Origin: Lama guanicoe
Taxonomy: Eukaryota
Direction: 5' to 3'
Assembly (NCBI GenBank): GCA_013239625.1
Contig: MU055008.1
Coordinates: 5,393,401 to 5,457,400, forward strand
DNA: 64,000 nt
The position numbers were made by a program, and so were the translations under genes. Shown one piece after another: positions 13,086 through 25,759 of this stretch. The notes under the pieces are model-generated. The model was not told the origin of the DNA. It was given only the letters and a program-made list of their open reading frames with translations, and did no database searches. Within the stretch, counting starts at the first letter, position 1. Each line of letters starts with the position of its first letter.

Positions 13086-13739
13086 AAATCTCTAAATTTG
13101 AGGTTTAGAGAGACATTTGAGAATCACATTTTCTTATTTGCTGTTTTTTTTGGGGGGGGATTGGGGTTGTGTGTGTAGGGGGGTTTGGTTGCCTGCCTAC
13201 TGTTTTTATTGCTCTTCAGGTGGAGAACCTGGGGCCCAAAGGCTAGGTGCCCCTTGCCTGGGGTCACACGACTAGTCAAGTGTTACAGTTGGGACTGGAA
13301 ACCCAGTTCTACTCTGTGCATTAGTGTGAATGCAGCCCGACGGCGTGGCCAGCTGCGGCTGGTGGCCAAGGCGCTGTCAGCAGAGCCACACACAGCACGT
13401 GTTGTAATGTGTCCCAGGCTCCTGTAAAGTCACTCTGGCCAGCATGCAACTCTCGGAGGACCCACTGGGTTCAGGAGATTCTTGGCTAACCCTCAGGAAG
13501 CATTATTTCTGTCTAGAAAGACTTTGCCCTCTCTGGGCAAGCCCACCACCCCGGGGCCCAAATGGGACCCACCAGGATTGGAGCAGGTGCCAGGGCTTGG
13601 CCCTAGAATAGGGCTGGTCGCTCCAGTCTACCTGCTGCCCTGTGACAGCAACCTGCCTGGCAGTCCTGCTGTTACACAACCAGTTCAGTTGTCGTAGACA
13701 GTGAACTTCACTTGTCAGTGGCTTCAATTAAATGGCCCA

Positions 13740-13995
13740 TTTTAATTTATTAAACATTGTTATTCTTCCAGTTTGTTGAGATCTAAGTGACATACAGCAC
13801 TGTGCAAGTTTAAGGTGTACAGCATAATGATTTGACTTTAGTGCACATGCATCATACAGATACAAAAGAGAAGAAAAAGAAAAGGTTTTTCCTGGTGATG
13901 AGAACTCTTAGGATTTACTCTTAGTAACTTTCATATGTAACACACAGCAGTAATAATTGTATCATTCATGTCGTACATTACATCGCTAGTACTTT
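13740..13995 (-). mobile_element. L1 3' fragment
   Basis: GTTTAAGGTGTACAGCATAATGATTTGAC...AGAACTCTTAGGATTTACTCTTAG. Confidence 0.75.
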
Positions 13996-15074
13996 AAATG
14001 GCCTCAAAAATGATTGTCCAGTAGCTTCAGATGGGGCACCGGCTATCTTATTACTTATTGGACCTAATAGATGATAAGAATGGGTAGTTGGGTCTGTCTC
14101 AGATTTCCAGGGGGTCTGGCTAATTGCTACTCACAGCAGAAGACCTACTAACCTGTGATGTAACACATTCCTTAATTTCCTCCTGCAAGATAATGCTGTT
14201 GTCCCTCCTGTTCCTGGACTTTCTCAGTCTGATGTTGTGACTTATTTCCAGATCAAATATATAGAAATTTCTTTTTCAGACTGTACCCATCCTGGATACT
14301 CATGTAACATGGAGTCCAGTATGATGTCCTCATTTAGTTACCTAAATTATGTATATTTGGGGGTGGGGATCATGAGGTAAGTAGTCAGAGATGCAGGGTC
14401 AAGGACAATGTAACATCTCCTGTTTCCACCCGGCTAGCCACCTTCCTAGGGGACCTTCCCCTCGGATACTTGCAGGCATTTCAAGCTCTGTGGTTCCAAA
14501 CCCTAGCCATTGTCTTTATTCCTGCACTTGCCATCTGTCTTTTGCCCCATCCCATCCAGGGGAAAGGCTGTCACCACCTTCTCTTTCAACCTCACTTATT
14601 CAGCTACAGCTTTGTAGATTTCACATCTGTTTCCACTTTCCCATCCTCACTGTCACTGCCTCAGTTCACTCAGAATGCCTCTTACCTGGGTTTCTGAAAC
14701 AGCCTCTGACCTTGCCTTCCTATTCTGCTCTGGTGACTTCTGGTCTACCTCTTGTCTGCTCCCTGAATGATCTTTCTGAAGACCTATGCAATCACCTCCC
14801 TATGCTGCTTTTAACAACTCTTCCACACTTACTGGTTGTCTTTAAAGTTCAAAATCCTTACTTTGCAAATAAGGCCTTTCATTTGCTCCTGCTTAGGACC
14901 CTGCCCTGTCCCTGCCATCCCGCAGCATAGCTCATCAAAGCCAGGGTGCAGAACCACTTGGGGTCCCCAGAACGCAGTGTGCTGTGTGATGGAATCTGGT
15001 ATTGGCTCCGCCCAGGATGCCTCACCCACTTACGCATCGCGCAGACCCTTTCCAGTCCTTCCGATAGCCTTAAT

Positions 15075-15400
15075 TATTTTAAAATAGACAATGTTTTAGA
15101 AGAGTTTTATGTTCACAGCAAAATTGAGCAGAAGGTACAGAGGTTTCCCTTGTACCGCACCTCCACACGTGCACCCCGTTATCAGCATCCCCCACCAGAG
15201 CGATCGATGCATTTCTTACAATGGATGAACCTACCCTGACACATCATGATCACCCACCGTCCATAGTTCACATTAGGATTCCTTCTTGATATCGTTCGTT
15301 CTCTGGGTTTGGACAAATGGATAATGACGTACCCACCATGACAGTATCATCCAGAGTGGTTCCACTGCCCCCAAAATCCCCTGTGCTCTGCCTGCTCCTC
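15075..15400 (-). mobile_element. Old L1 (L1MB/MC/MD-type) 3' fragment interrupting L2-like sequence
   Basis: GTTCACAGCAAAATTGAGCAGAAGGTACAGAG...CATAGTTCACATTAGG. Confidence 0.75.
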
Positions 15401-18400
15401 CCAAATAGCCTTTCAGCGGAGGTTGACTCCTTCCAACTAACCTCTGATCTTTTCAAATGAAGAAACAAAGGAACTGTCTCAGTATGGCCAGCTCCCAGCA
15501 CAGTTGCTTGTCATGTTGTATGTTATTAATAAGTGTTTGATGAATGAATGAATGAGTTAGCTAGTCACTTAAAAACCAAGACACAGAATTGCCCCAAAGG
15601 GGAAAGCATGATTCATGAAGTATCTCTGGGTCTTCTCTTGCCCGCTCGTGTGTATTATTAAATTCATCTGACTGCAGTAGATAGATTTCCTGCCAAGCAG
15701 CAATTAGACCCCCTGGAAATCTGCCCGGTTTCAACTTTAAAACATTCACATGCATTTACCAAGATGTGCAGCCTTCTCCGGTGCTCCTGCACTAATCTCA
15801 ACCTGCTGTAATTTGTTTCTTCTAAAGCCTATGCTTGCTGGCTGGTTTTGGTTTTGGTTTTGTTTTGTTTTTTTAATAAAATGCATCATTTTTCCTTAAA
15901 AAGGAAGGCTGAGTTTCAGAGCACACAAGACAATCATAGACTGAACAAAGTACAAAGAGAGCTCCGTGGACCCTGGAAGCCCCACCAGCCGCCCACCCGC
16001 CGCTCCCTTGTTCCGAGTTGGATGGCATCCCACGGGCTCTCTTCTTGTCACAGGCTCGTCTGGAAGGCAGCCAGAGCCCTGCCCTTGAAGAGGCCCCAGT
16101 TCTTGTTGCTGGAAAGAACAGGTCAGGGAGAGGGCACGTCTCGAGGCTGGGGGGTGCAGGTGTGAGCCCGTGGAGCTCCTGGCTCTCAGAGAGGATGCAG
16201 GGAAACAGGGGAAGCTGGGGGGCCACGTATAGAATCGTGGAGTTTCATCTTCGGGCGGTTCCTAGGGACCATCTACATCGCTGAGCTCTTGGACACGAAT
16301 CAAAACCTCCCTCAAGCTCTTCTGCACGTTGCCTTCCCTCCCCTCCAGCCGTCACATCTGGGGTGCATTGTTTTGGAAACTTGGGGAGGGCCCTGGCTTA
16401 TTCACCCACTCACTCAGAGAAACACAGACTTAATGATCCCAGGCGGCATGATGGGTGGAACCCCAGGGCTGGTGCTGCACAGGCCTGGGGGCGCCTACTC
16501 CACTTCTTTGAATTTGTTTCCCCATCAGTAAAACAACTCAGGAAGTGGTCCCGAGGATCAGTGAGATGGTGAGTTTGAGGGTCACATAGTGGCTGGGGGC
16601 TCATCCACTCTTCTGGGTTTCAGTTGGTGATTTTTGTGCACGTCCTTGGTCAGTGGAATTATGCTTCAGAAGTCCTGATTCCTGCTCGATGCTGAAGGCC
16701 CTTGAGAAGACACTTTTACGTCACATCTTCCTCTCTCACCTCCAGGAGTAGTGTCTTCAGACTCCAGATGTGACTTTACTGAAGAGCGGTTCACCTGGAG
16801 AGCAAGGCTGTCTCAGTGACAGTGTTTGGGGCCTGCAAGAAGTTCCCGATGGGGAGAGGAGGGAGGGAGGGAGGGAGGAAGAGGAGGGGAGAGGAGGGGA
16901 GAAGGCAGTGACGTCACTGGCAAGTTGAGTGGGTGGGTCCAGGCAGGGGGAGACCCTCAGCTGCATTTGCTTTACGGTGCTATCATCAACACTGAGGTGG
17001 CCCTGGGCCACCTGGGGGCCCCCGGGCATGATGGCAATGAGGGGTCAGTACGTGAGGCAGAGAGTGACTCACTCCACAGCTCTAAAAAGCTCCTGATTTC
17101 AGTAAAGAACGACCCACGATGCTGTTTGGAAATTCATTTGCTATCAATCGGCCGTTTTTAGCAAATTCTGGAATCCAGAATTGCCACTGTCCTTTTCCCC
17201 TCATTTCCCCTCAGTTCCCTCTTGCCTGTCGGGTTCCACCTCCTGACAATCACGCATTTCCTTTTAGGGGGTTTACATTTACGTTCTCTGCTGTAACCAT
17301 TGCCCATGTTTTAGTCATAACTTGATTCTAAAACCTGTAAATCAGGAAGTAGGGTTTATGCTATTAGAGCTACAAAATATTCTTCAGTGCTGGGCCAAGC
17401 CGTTGGTTAGAATTACATGTCCTTCTAAGCAGGTCCAACTTCATGACCCAGAGGCACTTGAAGAGAATGTATTTAGCGTCAAAGGTGAATGGAAACTCCT
17501 TGATTCACTCCCAAAGCTGCCAGTTGAAACTCACGTCATGTTATGCTTTCCTTCATGTTTGGACCTGACTCTCTTGAATAGATTTTTGTTTTTCTTAGAG
17601 TTTCTATTATGTTTTTTTTTAAGTGTCATCATGCTTTATCACCGTCTTGAGTTTTTGCATCTTCTCAATTATGGCAGACGTTCCATTGTTCACGTTTTGG
17701 CTCTTGGACTGGCTCTTCTCAGGGTCTGAGGTTTACCTGCCACCCAGGAAGTTTTCTTCACTCCTTTCTTGCTTTGGCTCGAGGGTTTCCTAGATCCCAC
17801 GTTTTTCTTCTGTGTGGTTTTACGTCTTTATTTTGCTGGACTACATTCCCATTAACTTCTTCCCAATGAGACAATATAGTAAATTGATTTCTTGAAAATA
17901 TCTTGAAATGTATGTGGAGCTTTGGGGGAGTTTTTGTTGTTGCTGTTGCTGCTGGTTTTTACCACTGCACTCGAGTGCTAGTTTCTCTGCATGAAGAATT
18001 CTCTAGTGAACACTGTCTTCCCCAGAACCTTCAGGGAAAGCTCAGTGTCTCTTACAGTCTACTATCATTCTGACTTGCCCACCTTTGTAGGTGACTGGAT
18101 TTTTTGTTTGTTTGTTTGTTTGTTGTTTTTTTGTTTTCAAACATCTCTCCTCATCTTTGATATTCTGAAATGTTTTACCCACTTGTCCACATGTGGGTCT
18201 TCATTCATGGTAGCCTTCATTTGGTAAGTTCTTTCTGACTGAAGCCTCATCTTGAGACCTGAAGAATCTGTTTGGTTTGGTTTTTTTTTTTAGCATTCCT
18301 AATCTCTCCCTCTTTATTTATTTCTCTTCTTTCTGGAATCCTAGAAATTGAATGTGGAGTCTCCTACCTTGGTACTCTGTATCTCATGATTTCTATCTTT

Positions 18401-21067
18401 ATGTGTTATTACGACACGGGTCATTTTGGCAGTTTTCTGCTAATTAAAGCAGCAGTGTGTGTTGTAACAGCAACAACAAAAATGACAAATCTGAGTAGTT
18501 ATAAGATGGAGTGAGTCCTTGGCGGAGGCAGGAGGGAACAGAATTGAAGGAATGAATGAAGACTTTGTCTTTGAGAAGGAAGAGGAATGCTTCTTATTGA
18601 CATAATAGCCAAGGGGCCATGCCAGGAAATAGAAAAATGTTCTAGTACAGAAGAGAGAAGTTCATTCCAGTTTCTGGGCTTTGCTGGTCACATAAAATAG
18701 AAGTTGAGGTCATCCACTTAGACTGAAGACTCCTGGGCAAGAAAAGATATGGAGCATCTGCTGAGGCAACAAGTGGTGAACGGAAGTTTGACCCAGAAGC
18801 CTTGAAGACCCATCTGAAGGACCCAGGGTGTATCTGTGATAGGGCAGGTTGGCCAGGTTTTGTAACATCCAATAATTCGGGGCTGTGGGCAGGAGGGGAT
18901 TTAAATTTGGCAGCAAATGTGGTAACAGGACATTGATGAGAGAACTCAACCAAGATGAAATATTTTCAGCAGTGATGTTGACGTGAGAGAAGAAGAGCTC
19001 GATAATCTTGACTTTATCCAACTCTGTGACTCAGTGTTCTCTGTGTCCCTCCCCCCAACCCTCGATCACCATCACCATGTCAAAGTTTGTCCCCGGAAGA
19101 ACTGAGACGAAAAGGAAGTTGGAAGCCTTTGGTCCCCAAATTTGAGGGTCTCTGCTAAAATCTTTCCTTTTACATCAAGCCCGGATTCAAACATTATCCT
19201 TGGATCACCATCATAAAGCCAGTCATTCTGGCTTGCACACACGCAATTTCCAGCTTGGCTCTAGGAGCAGGGCCCAGATGAGCCAAATTCACTCACTTTC
19301 ATGGGCTCTAGAATGTTGAAGCTGGGAGAACCTTCGGAGATCAAGCTCAGTGGTTTTGAAATGGTCTCATTTCGGGTTTTGTGGTTGCTGTTGTTTTTAA
19401 TGAAATACCATTTTAAAACGAACCCTTCCACTAAGGCCACCAACACATACAGCGACGTACAGCCACCCCCCTGTGGAGCAGGGGGTCTGCCCTGGAGCCC
19501 CGAGCTGAGTTCCTCTTTACCTCCTGTACCGTCGTCACAGACCCCCAGGATTTCCCCTTATTTTATAATTGATGAAACTGAGCCCCAAGGAGGGCAGGCG
19601 AGGTCAGAATTGCACCCAGGCCACCTGCATTCTGTTCACTCTGCTTTCCCTGCCACTGAGAAGCAGCACGTTCTGGACCCGAAAGCGCTGTGGATGAATC
19701 CAGACATTTGACATTTTAGCCTCACAGGGATGAAAGGAGACACCTCAGGAGAGTTTTAATCCGAGGCTCTTTTACCTTAGGCTCTTATGAAATCTCTTGG
19801 TCATAGGGGAGTTAACAGCTTGTGTTCTAGTCCCACAGATTCATTTGTGCCCTTCAGATAAAGTGCAGGCTCATTCTGAAGATTTTCCAGCCTGCTGTCC
19901 TCAGAACCTCTGGGTGCCGTGTTTCCCTGGTGATAAGGAGGACTCTTCTTGCAATAGGGTGATCGGTCTCTGCCTTTTCTTGGTCACCAATTATGTTAGT
20001 GATAATTAAATTAGGTCTTTGACAGGCATGCAAGTGAAAGCAGTTTGTTGTAATTTACCAAATTAAATAGAGTGTCGATGATTAATTGTAAAGTCATTTG
20101 AAATCATTTCTGTATCCTCTGTATAGTTTTAATTTAAAATGAATTGATTAGCATTATTAGGGAAATTTGGATTCATAAATTAAAAGTACATTCATGTTTT
20201 GGCATAATATTCATTTTTAGGTGGTAGATGTAAGTTTAATTCTTATAGAATAATTTATTGAAATTTTAAGTGGTGATTTATTTCTATCTTTTCAGGAGAA
20301 TTTTGTCAGAAAAAAATCAAACTATGTTTTGGCACATTTAAACATGTTCCATTCATTTATAAAGCAACTTCCCTCTGAGAACTCTTTAGAATCATGATTA
20401 ATTTTTGTGGGTCTTTGTGAAAGTTTGCAACTTACTTGAGTCTGTGATTGGAGAAAGGATTTTTCTTTTAGTATATTATTTATACAAAGTCACGTAAGTC
20501 TCTATAAACAAGAGCATTTCCTAGCACTGTACTGAAAGTCATTTGTGGGTCTTCTTTTCAAATTGTGTTTGGAGCAAGTTCACTAAGTATATGAAAATTA
20601 GGTGGGGGTTATGATCACATTCTATTTCTGGTTTATAACGGTGTTATTGTGTTGACCATGTACTTTATGTAGCAAATTTTGTTTCAAGTTTTCAAAAAAA
20701 AGAAAGAAAAGAAATCCAGTCCACCATCATCAAAGACAGAGATCTATTAGCAGAAAAATGTGTTATAGATGAAGGTAATCTGGAATGTGATTTCCAAAAA
20801 CGTTTTGAGCCATAAAGTACGGGGCGCGTGGACAACATGCTTTGTACGTTTTAGCAGTGGAGTGCTACTCGGGACGCCGGCCACACTGCTCTGTAGTCTA
20901 AACTCTTAACCACCGAGGAAGCTGTTATTTACATCCTATTCTTGGGATTTTTTTCCGTGTTCACTAGGCCTCTTACACCACTGGTACTTAAATTAATGGA
21001 AGTTACATGCAGAAGCAAATAACCTAATCTTATTTGGAGAATTCTTGAGCCAAAAAAGCTTGCTTCG

Positions 21068-21170
21068 TTTCCCTCCCTCCCTCCCCGACTTCTTCCCTCC
21101 CCCACTTCTTTCTTTCTTTTCTTCCTTCTTTCCTTTCTTCCTTCCTCCCTTTCTTTTTTCTTTTTTGAAT
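21068..21170. repeat. Polypyrimidine (CT-rich) low-complexity tract
   Basis: About 100 bp almost entirely C/T (CCCT, CTTT and CCTT units). Confidence 0.9.
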
Positions 21171-24100
21171 TATTACCCTTTCACTTGATTTGTTCTCTCT
21201 TTTTTTCGCCAGAGCGTATTTTACCTATACCATTTTTTTTAACTCTGCATTTTTAGAAAGGAAAAGGCTTTTTTTTTTTTGTTTTCGGGAATCTTCTTGA
21301 TATATATTTTTTAATCTCTACAGGCAGCACACTTATTGAAACCTCAACTCATGTAGGAGCTTGGGGTTCTCATGTGGGGCCACAGAGGCCATGGGCACAG
21401 GCCCTCCCCTCCCTGTCCCCTGTCCCCTGACCCTCGGCTTCAGTCCGTGGTTGGACAAGGCCGCCAGGAGGAGTACTGGGAATGCCCCCCCTGACCCCTT
21501 CATCCTGTTGCTTCCTGCCTCCTCCAGCCCCCCTCACCTCCACTCCAGGCCCCTTAGATCTCACCCTGAGCCCAGTGGTCTTTGCCTTAAAAATGGAGTT
21601 AACTGGCTTTAACCTCCTGGAGATTGTTTCCTCCTCTGTAAATGGAAATAACCCACGTACACCATGACCAAGATGAGAAATTTTAAAATATATATGAACA
21701 CCTCCATATGCACAGTTGCTGGCACATGAGATGTGCTTAAATTGTTAGCTGCTTTCCCTTCCTGGTCTTCCCTTTTCTCTCCAGTTATCCCTCCACTCCC
21801 ACCCCCTGGCTTGCTCCATCCTAAGAGCTCTGTCCCGCAACCTCCCTGCCACGCAGTGCCTAGGGGGGCAGGGCGCACCCACGGCAGGAAGTGCTCCTGG
21901 TTCTCCGGGTGGAGGGTGGGAGAACCCCTGCCTTCCATCTGCAGCTCTGGATGTTGCTCTTTCCCTCTGGATCACAGTCAGATCCGGTTTGCAATCTAAA
22001 AGATGCTAATTGGCAAAGAATCACTGCAGAATAAAGGCAGTATTCGTTGTTAGTGTTTGTATTAAATTCTTTGAAAATAACTTAAGAGAAATGAGCTCTT
22101 TCTTGGGTCTCAGTCTTTCAGGATTTATGGCAGTTCCTACACAGCAGTTCTCACAACTTCAAAAATAAATTTTTTCCCCAAAATTCCCTGTTAGCCTGCC
22201 ATTTAGTACTTGGAAGGCATTTTTCCACATGCTGCCTAAAAGGCAGGTCCAATGTGCCCTGTTCAGTGGCTTCTGCCCCTGTCATCCACAAGCATGGGAA
22301 CTTAAAAGAACAAAAGCTCCCTTCTGGTTAGAGCCCTTCACCCTTAACATGCTACCAACATGGGGTTCTTCCTTCGACTGATGTAAGGAGACCCATCCAG
22401 GGCATCCCAGGTACTGTAAATGTCAAGGAGCTAAGATCTAACACACCTTTGCTCCCTGGCATAACTGCCATTCCTTATCAGCAAATGCACATTTGAGACT
22501 CAGTTGCAACTTCACATCATTACGAAGTTGGAAAACATGATTCTCAAAGTTAACAGAAAGGTTAAAACCCACTCTACTCCAAAGTCAAGCTCTTAACGGC
22601 CAATCTGATTATGTTAGCAAAGTCTTTCGATGGATTTTGTGGGGGAGCAATTGCATCAAATATGGAGTGTCTCTACTGGCCCTTTCTCCTGCCTGGTGTG
22701 AGCACAGAAAAGTGTCTAGATTGCAAGATGGAATTCTGACAACTGGAAGGGCCTATGAGACATTGGCCGAGGTATCAGCAGCCTTGGAAGTGCTGAAGCA
22801 GGGGATCGGCTTTCAGTGTGCACATCGATCTTCTTTTAATGAGAACGTATTGTGCTTTCAAAGCTGGAGCTCAAGTCCTGAGTGGAAGGCTCAGGTCCCT
22901 GTGGACGCTGCATTAAGTGCACTGCCAATCAGATCTGCCAACACCTCTCCTGTTCTCAGAGCTAAGCCCTTTCTGTGCGGTTATCCGTCATGTGGAATTT
23001 GGTCCTAACTGTGCAAACCAACCAAATGCACGAGAGACACAGGACAATATCCATTTCACTCCGATTATCTTCTGTCCACGTAACAGATGGAACTCTGGGA
23101 TATAAATGGCAAAAGAGGGACACATAATTCCTCTTTCTTTTTCTCCTGTTGTATTACTATTTCATTTCACCAGCAACAGCAGCAAGAAGTAGGAAATTCC
23201 AGTGAAGCCAATACTTGCTAGAGATTTCTTGGGTGGTAGGTTTAAACCTCACAAAGATTTCCCTAAGCATTTCCCCTGTCAGTAACTGGGCTGCAGTTTT
23301 CAGTTTCAAAGTTGATTTGAGATTATTTGGAATGGTTGGTTACCCTTGTCTAATGGAAGGCTGCCTCTCAGAGCTTGTGTTCTCAATCTTTTAAGTATTC
23401 AGAGATTCTTTTTACGTTAACGCATCTGGTTTGTGCCGACACAGAGCTTCAAGTTGCAGAAACACGTAGAACCATAAAGACCTTGGGGACGGGGTTAGGG
23501 TGGGAAGATGGCAAGGCAATACCATTTATCAGATTTTTAGTTTAAAGCCATGTCAAAGAACGCGGAAGTCAGGGTGAGGGGGTTTAGCGTGACTCTGGGC
23601 CCTCCTCGGCCTCCCGGCCAGGTGAGGATGAGGCTCGCTGGTCTTGCGTGTCTCCTGCGGGTCAGAAGCGCTCTGACTGGTGCTCCCCCAGGGGAATAGT
23701 GATTGGTCCAGACCTGCGCGTGCACGCCCAGGATGTGCACGTGTGCAGGTGACACTCTGTGCCTCCTGCACGTGTGCGCAGGCACTGGTAGGGGAGGATG
23801 GGAAAGGAGCAGGGAAGAAGAAACAAGGAGAGTTTGGTTCGTTGTAAGTGAGAAGCTAGTAGACAAAGGAACCATGTTCTTTTGGGAGTGGAACGGTGCT
23901 TGTCTTGTAATCAGGACCTCCGTAGACCCTGGCAACCAGCACGACCCCGGACCTAGCGCTTCCACACTGTAGCCCTCCTCTGTCCACACCCCCATAGCCC
24001 CAGGGGACGTGCCACCCAGACCTTGCACCCCTCCATTAACACCACATTCTGGGTGCCCGAGACCCTGCAGTCCCTCCCCAAATGACCCACATCCACTTCC

Positions 24101-24381
24101 AAGATCTGTGTGGGCTTCATCCCCAGACTGTGGACAGGTGGTGCCCTGCTAGAGCAGAGGGTGACTGAGGGCAGCTGTCTCCGGGGCTGTGGACAGAGCT
24201 TCACTATGTCATTTGGGGTACCCACCTGGAGTGGGCAAGGCCATTGAGGTGTGACCTCAGAGAGTGAAGTGCAGGCAGTCATAGGAAGAGAAATGGTCAG
24301 TGTTCTCTGTCACACTCCAGTGGGGAACACCAAGGAGTCTGAGATCCTAAATTTGAGCCTGGCCTTCCAGGACACTCTGAC

Positions 24382-24730
24382 TATCTTTGTCAGCTCAAGC
24401 TGTTATAACAAAATACCATAGGGGATGTGGCTTGTAAACATCAGAAATGTATTTCTCACAGCCCTGGAGGCTGAGATCAGGGTGCCAGCAAGGTCGGGTT
24501 CTGGTGAAGGCCCTCTTGTGGGTTGCAGACGGCCAACCTCTCCTGGCGTCCTAGCATGGTAGAAAGAGTGAGTGAGCTCTCTGACCTCTTCTTATGAGTG
24601 CGCTAATGCCATTCATGAGGGCTCCATCCTTATGACCAATTACCTCCCAAAGGCTCCACCTCCAAATACCATCCCATTGGGATTAGGGTATTGACATCTG
24701 AATTTGGTGGGGAACATTCAGTCCATTGCA
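24382..24730 (-). mobile_element. MLT1A-type solo LTR
   Basis: GCTGTTATAACAAAATACCATA...ACATTCAGTCCATTGCA. Confidence 0.85.
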
Positions 24731-25759
24731 ATGGCCATCTGTTTTTTCAAGGTAGGAAGATAGAAAGTATTTGATTTAAAAAGTATTATTGATGTATAAC
24801 TTTTGGCCATTTAGGTTCATGGTTATGCGGGCCTGTGTTTGTACATAAAGGCAGCCTGCTGCAAACCCCTGTGCTGTATTATTGAGCAGGTCTGGAGTTC
24901 TTCACTCAGAAGTTGGAGACCTGGGGACTGGAAAGGACTTTCTGTGCCCAGAAGCCATCTGTGCTTGCCAAAACTATCCCCATTTCCACTGTGGCATTAT
25001 CTAGAACATTCCAAAAAGGTCTCAGGTTAGGTGAGAAGTCCAAAGCACCTGAATGAGTGCAGTAACCATCCCTGCCTTCCAGGAGACGGGTGCAGCTCCA
25101 CTGAAACAATAAGCATGGAAAGGCCTTACGCTGTCGTGTGCCATTGGAGTTAACGGTGGTGTCCCTCATCTTGTGGACCTGATGGGCACTGTACACAAAA
25201 TGGTGAACAAAAATCCAGACGTGAGCCTGCCCTTACGGAGCAGCAGTCAAGTGCACATACATCATCATTGTTGAGGAGACACGGTGAAGCCCTTGGACTC
25301 AAAAGTTACGTCCTCTCTCTGCAGCTAGGATTTATTAGATGTAAGTGGCAAAATTTTCCAAGAGCACAAAGAAGGAAGGCCATTGGATTCATCTAATAGC
25401 ACCTTTTTAAAAATGGCAAAAAATGAACGTATCAGCCAGGAAGAGGTCCTAGTGCTACGTGATGAGACCCCTTTTTGTGTAGGCAGTGTTTTCTAACCTG
25501 TAATTTGTGACACACACATACACATGCTCATCCAAGTGATCGCTGCAGTAGTGTCTTCCCCCAGTTAGGGCTGTCTGACTATGACACAGCTGTTCCCCAG
25601 CTACTGAGCCCTCACCCTGCTGACCACCATGTAAATGGAGCAGCAGCCCAGATTCAGGGGCGGGGTGGGCTAAGAGGCACTGCCAAGAGGCTGGTGGAGC
25701 AGGCAGCCCTATGTGGACCACACCAGCCTCTGAGAGTCCCCTAGCTGTGTAGTGTTTTC

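Noticed and set aside
14391-14930. Longest ORF in the track (179 aa)
   Set aside because: Overlaps pyrimidine-rich L2-like sequence, has Leu/Ser/Pro/His-biased composition and no recognisable domain; a chance ORF.
16590-16800. Possible minus-strand exon (AG|GTGAACCGC...GAG|GTGAGA)
   Set aside because: The translation matches nothing I recognise and no partner exons are evident.
18640-19060. Purine-rich stretch with overlapping 103-aa minus-strand ORFs
   Set aside because: No recognisable protein; possibly decayed LTR-internal sequence, which cannot be supported without a Dfam search.
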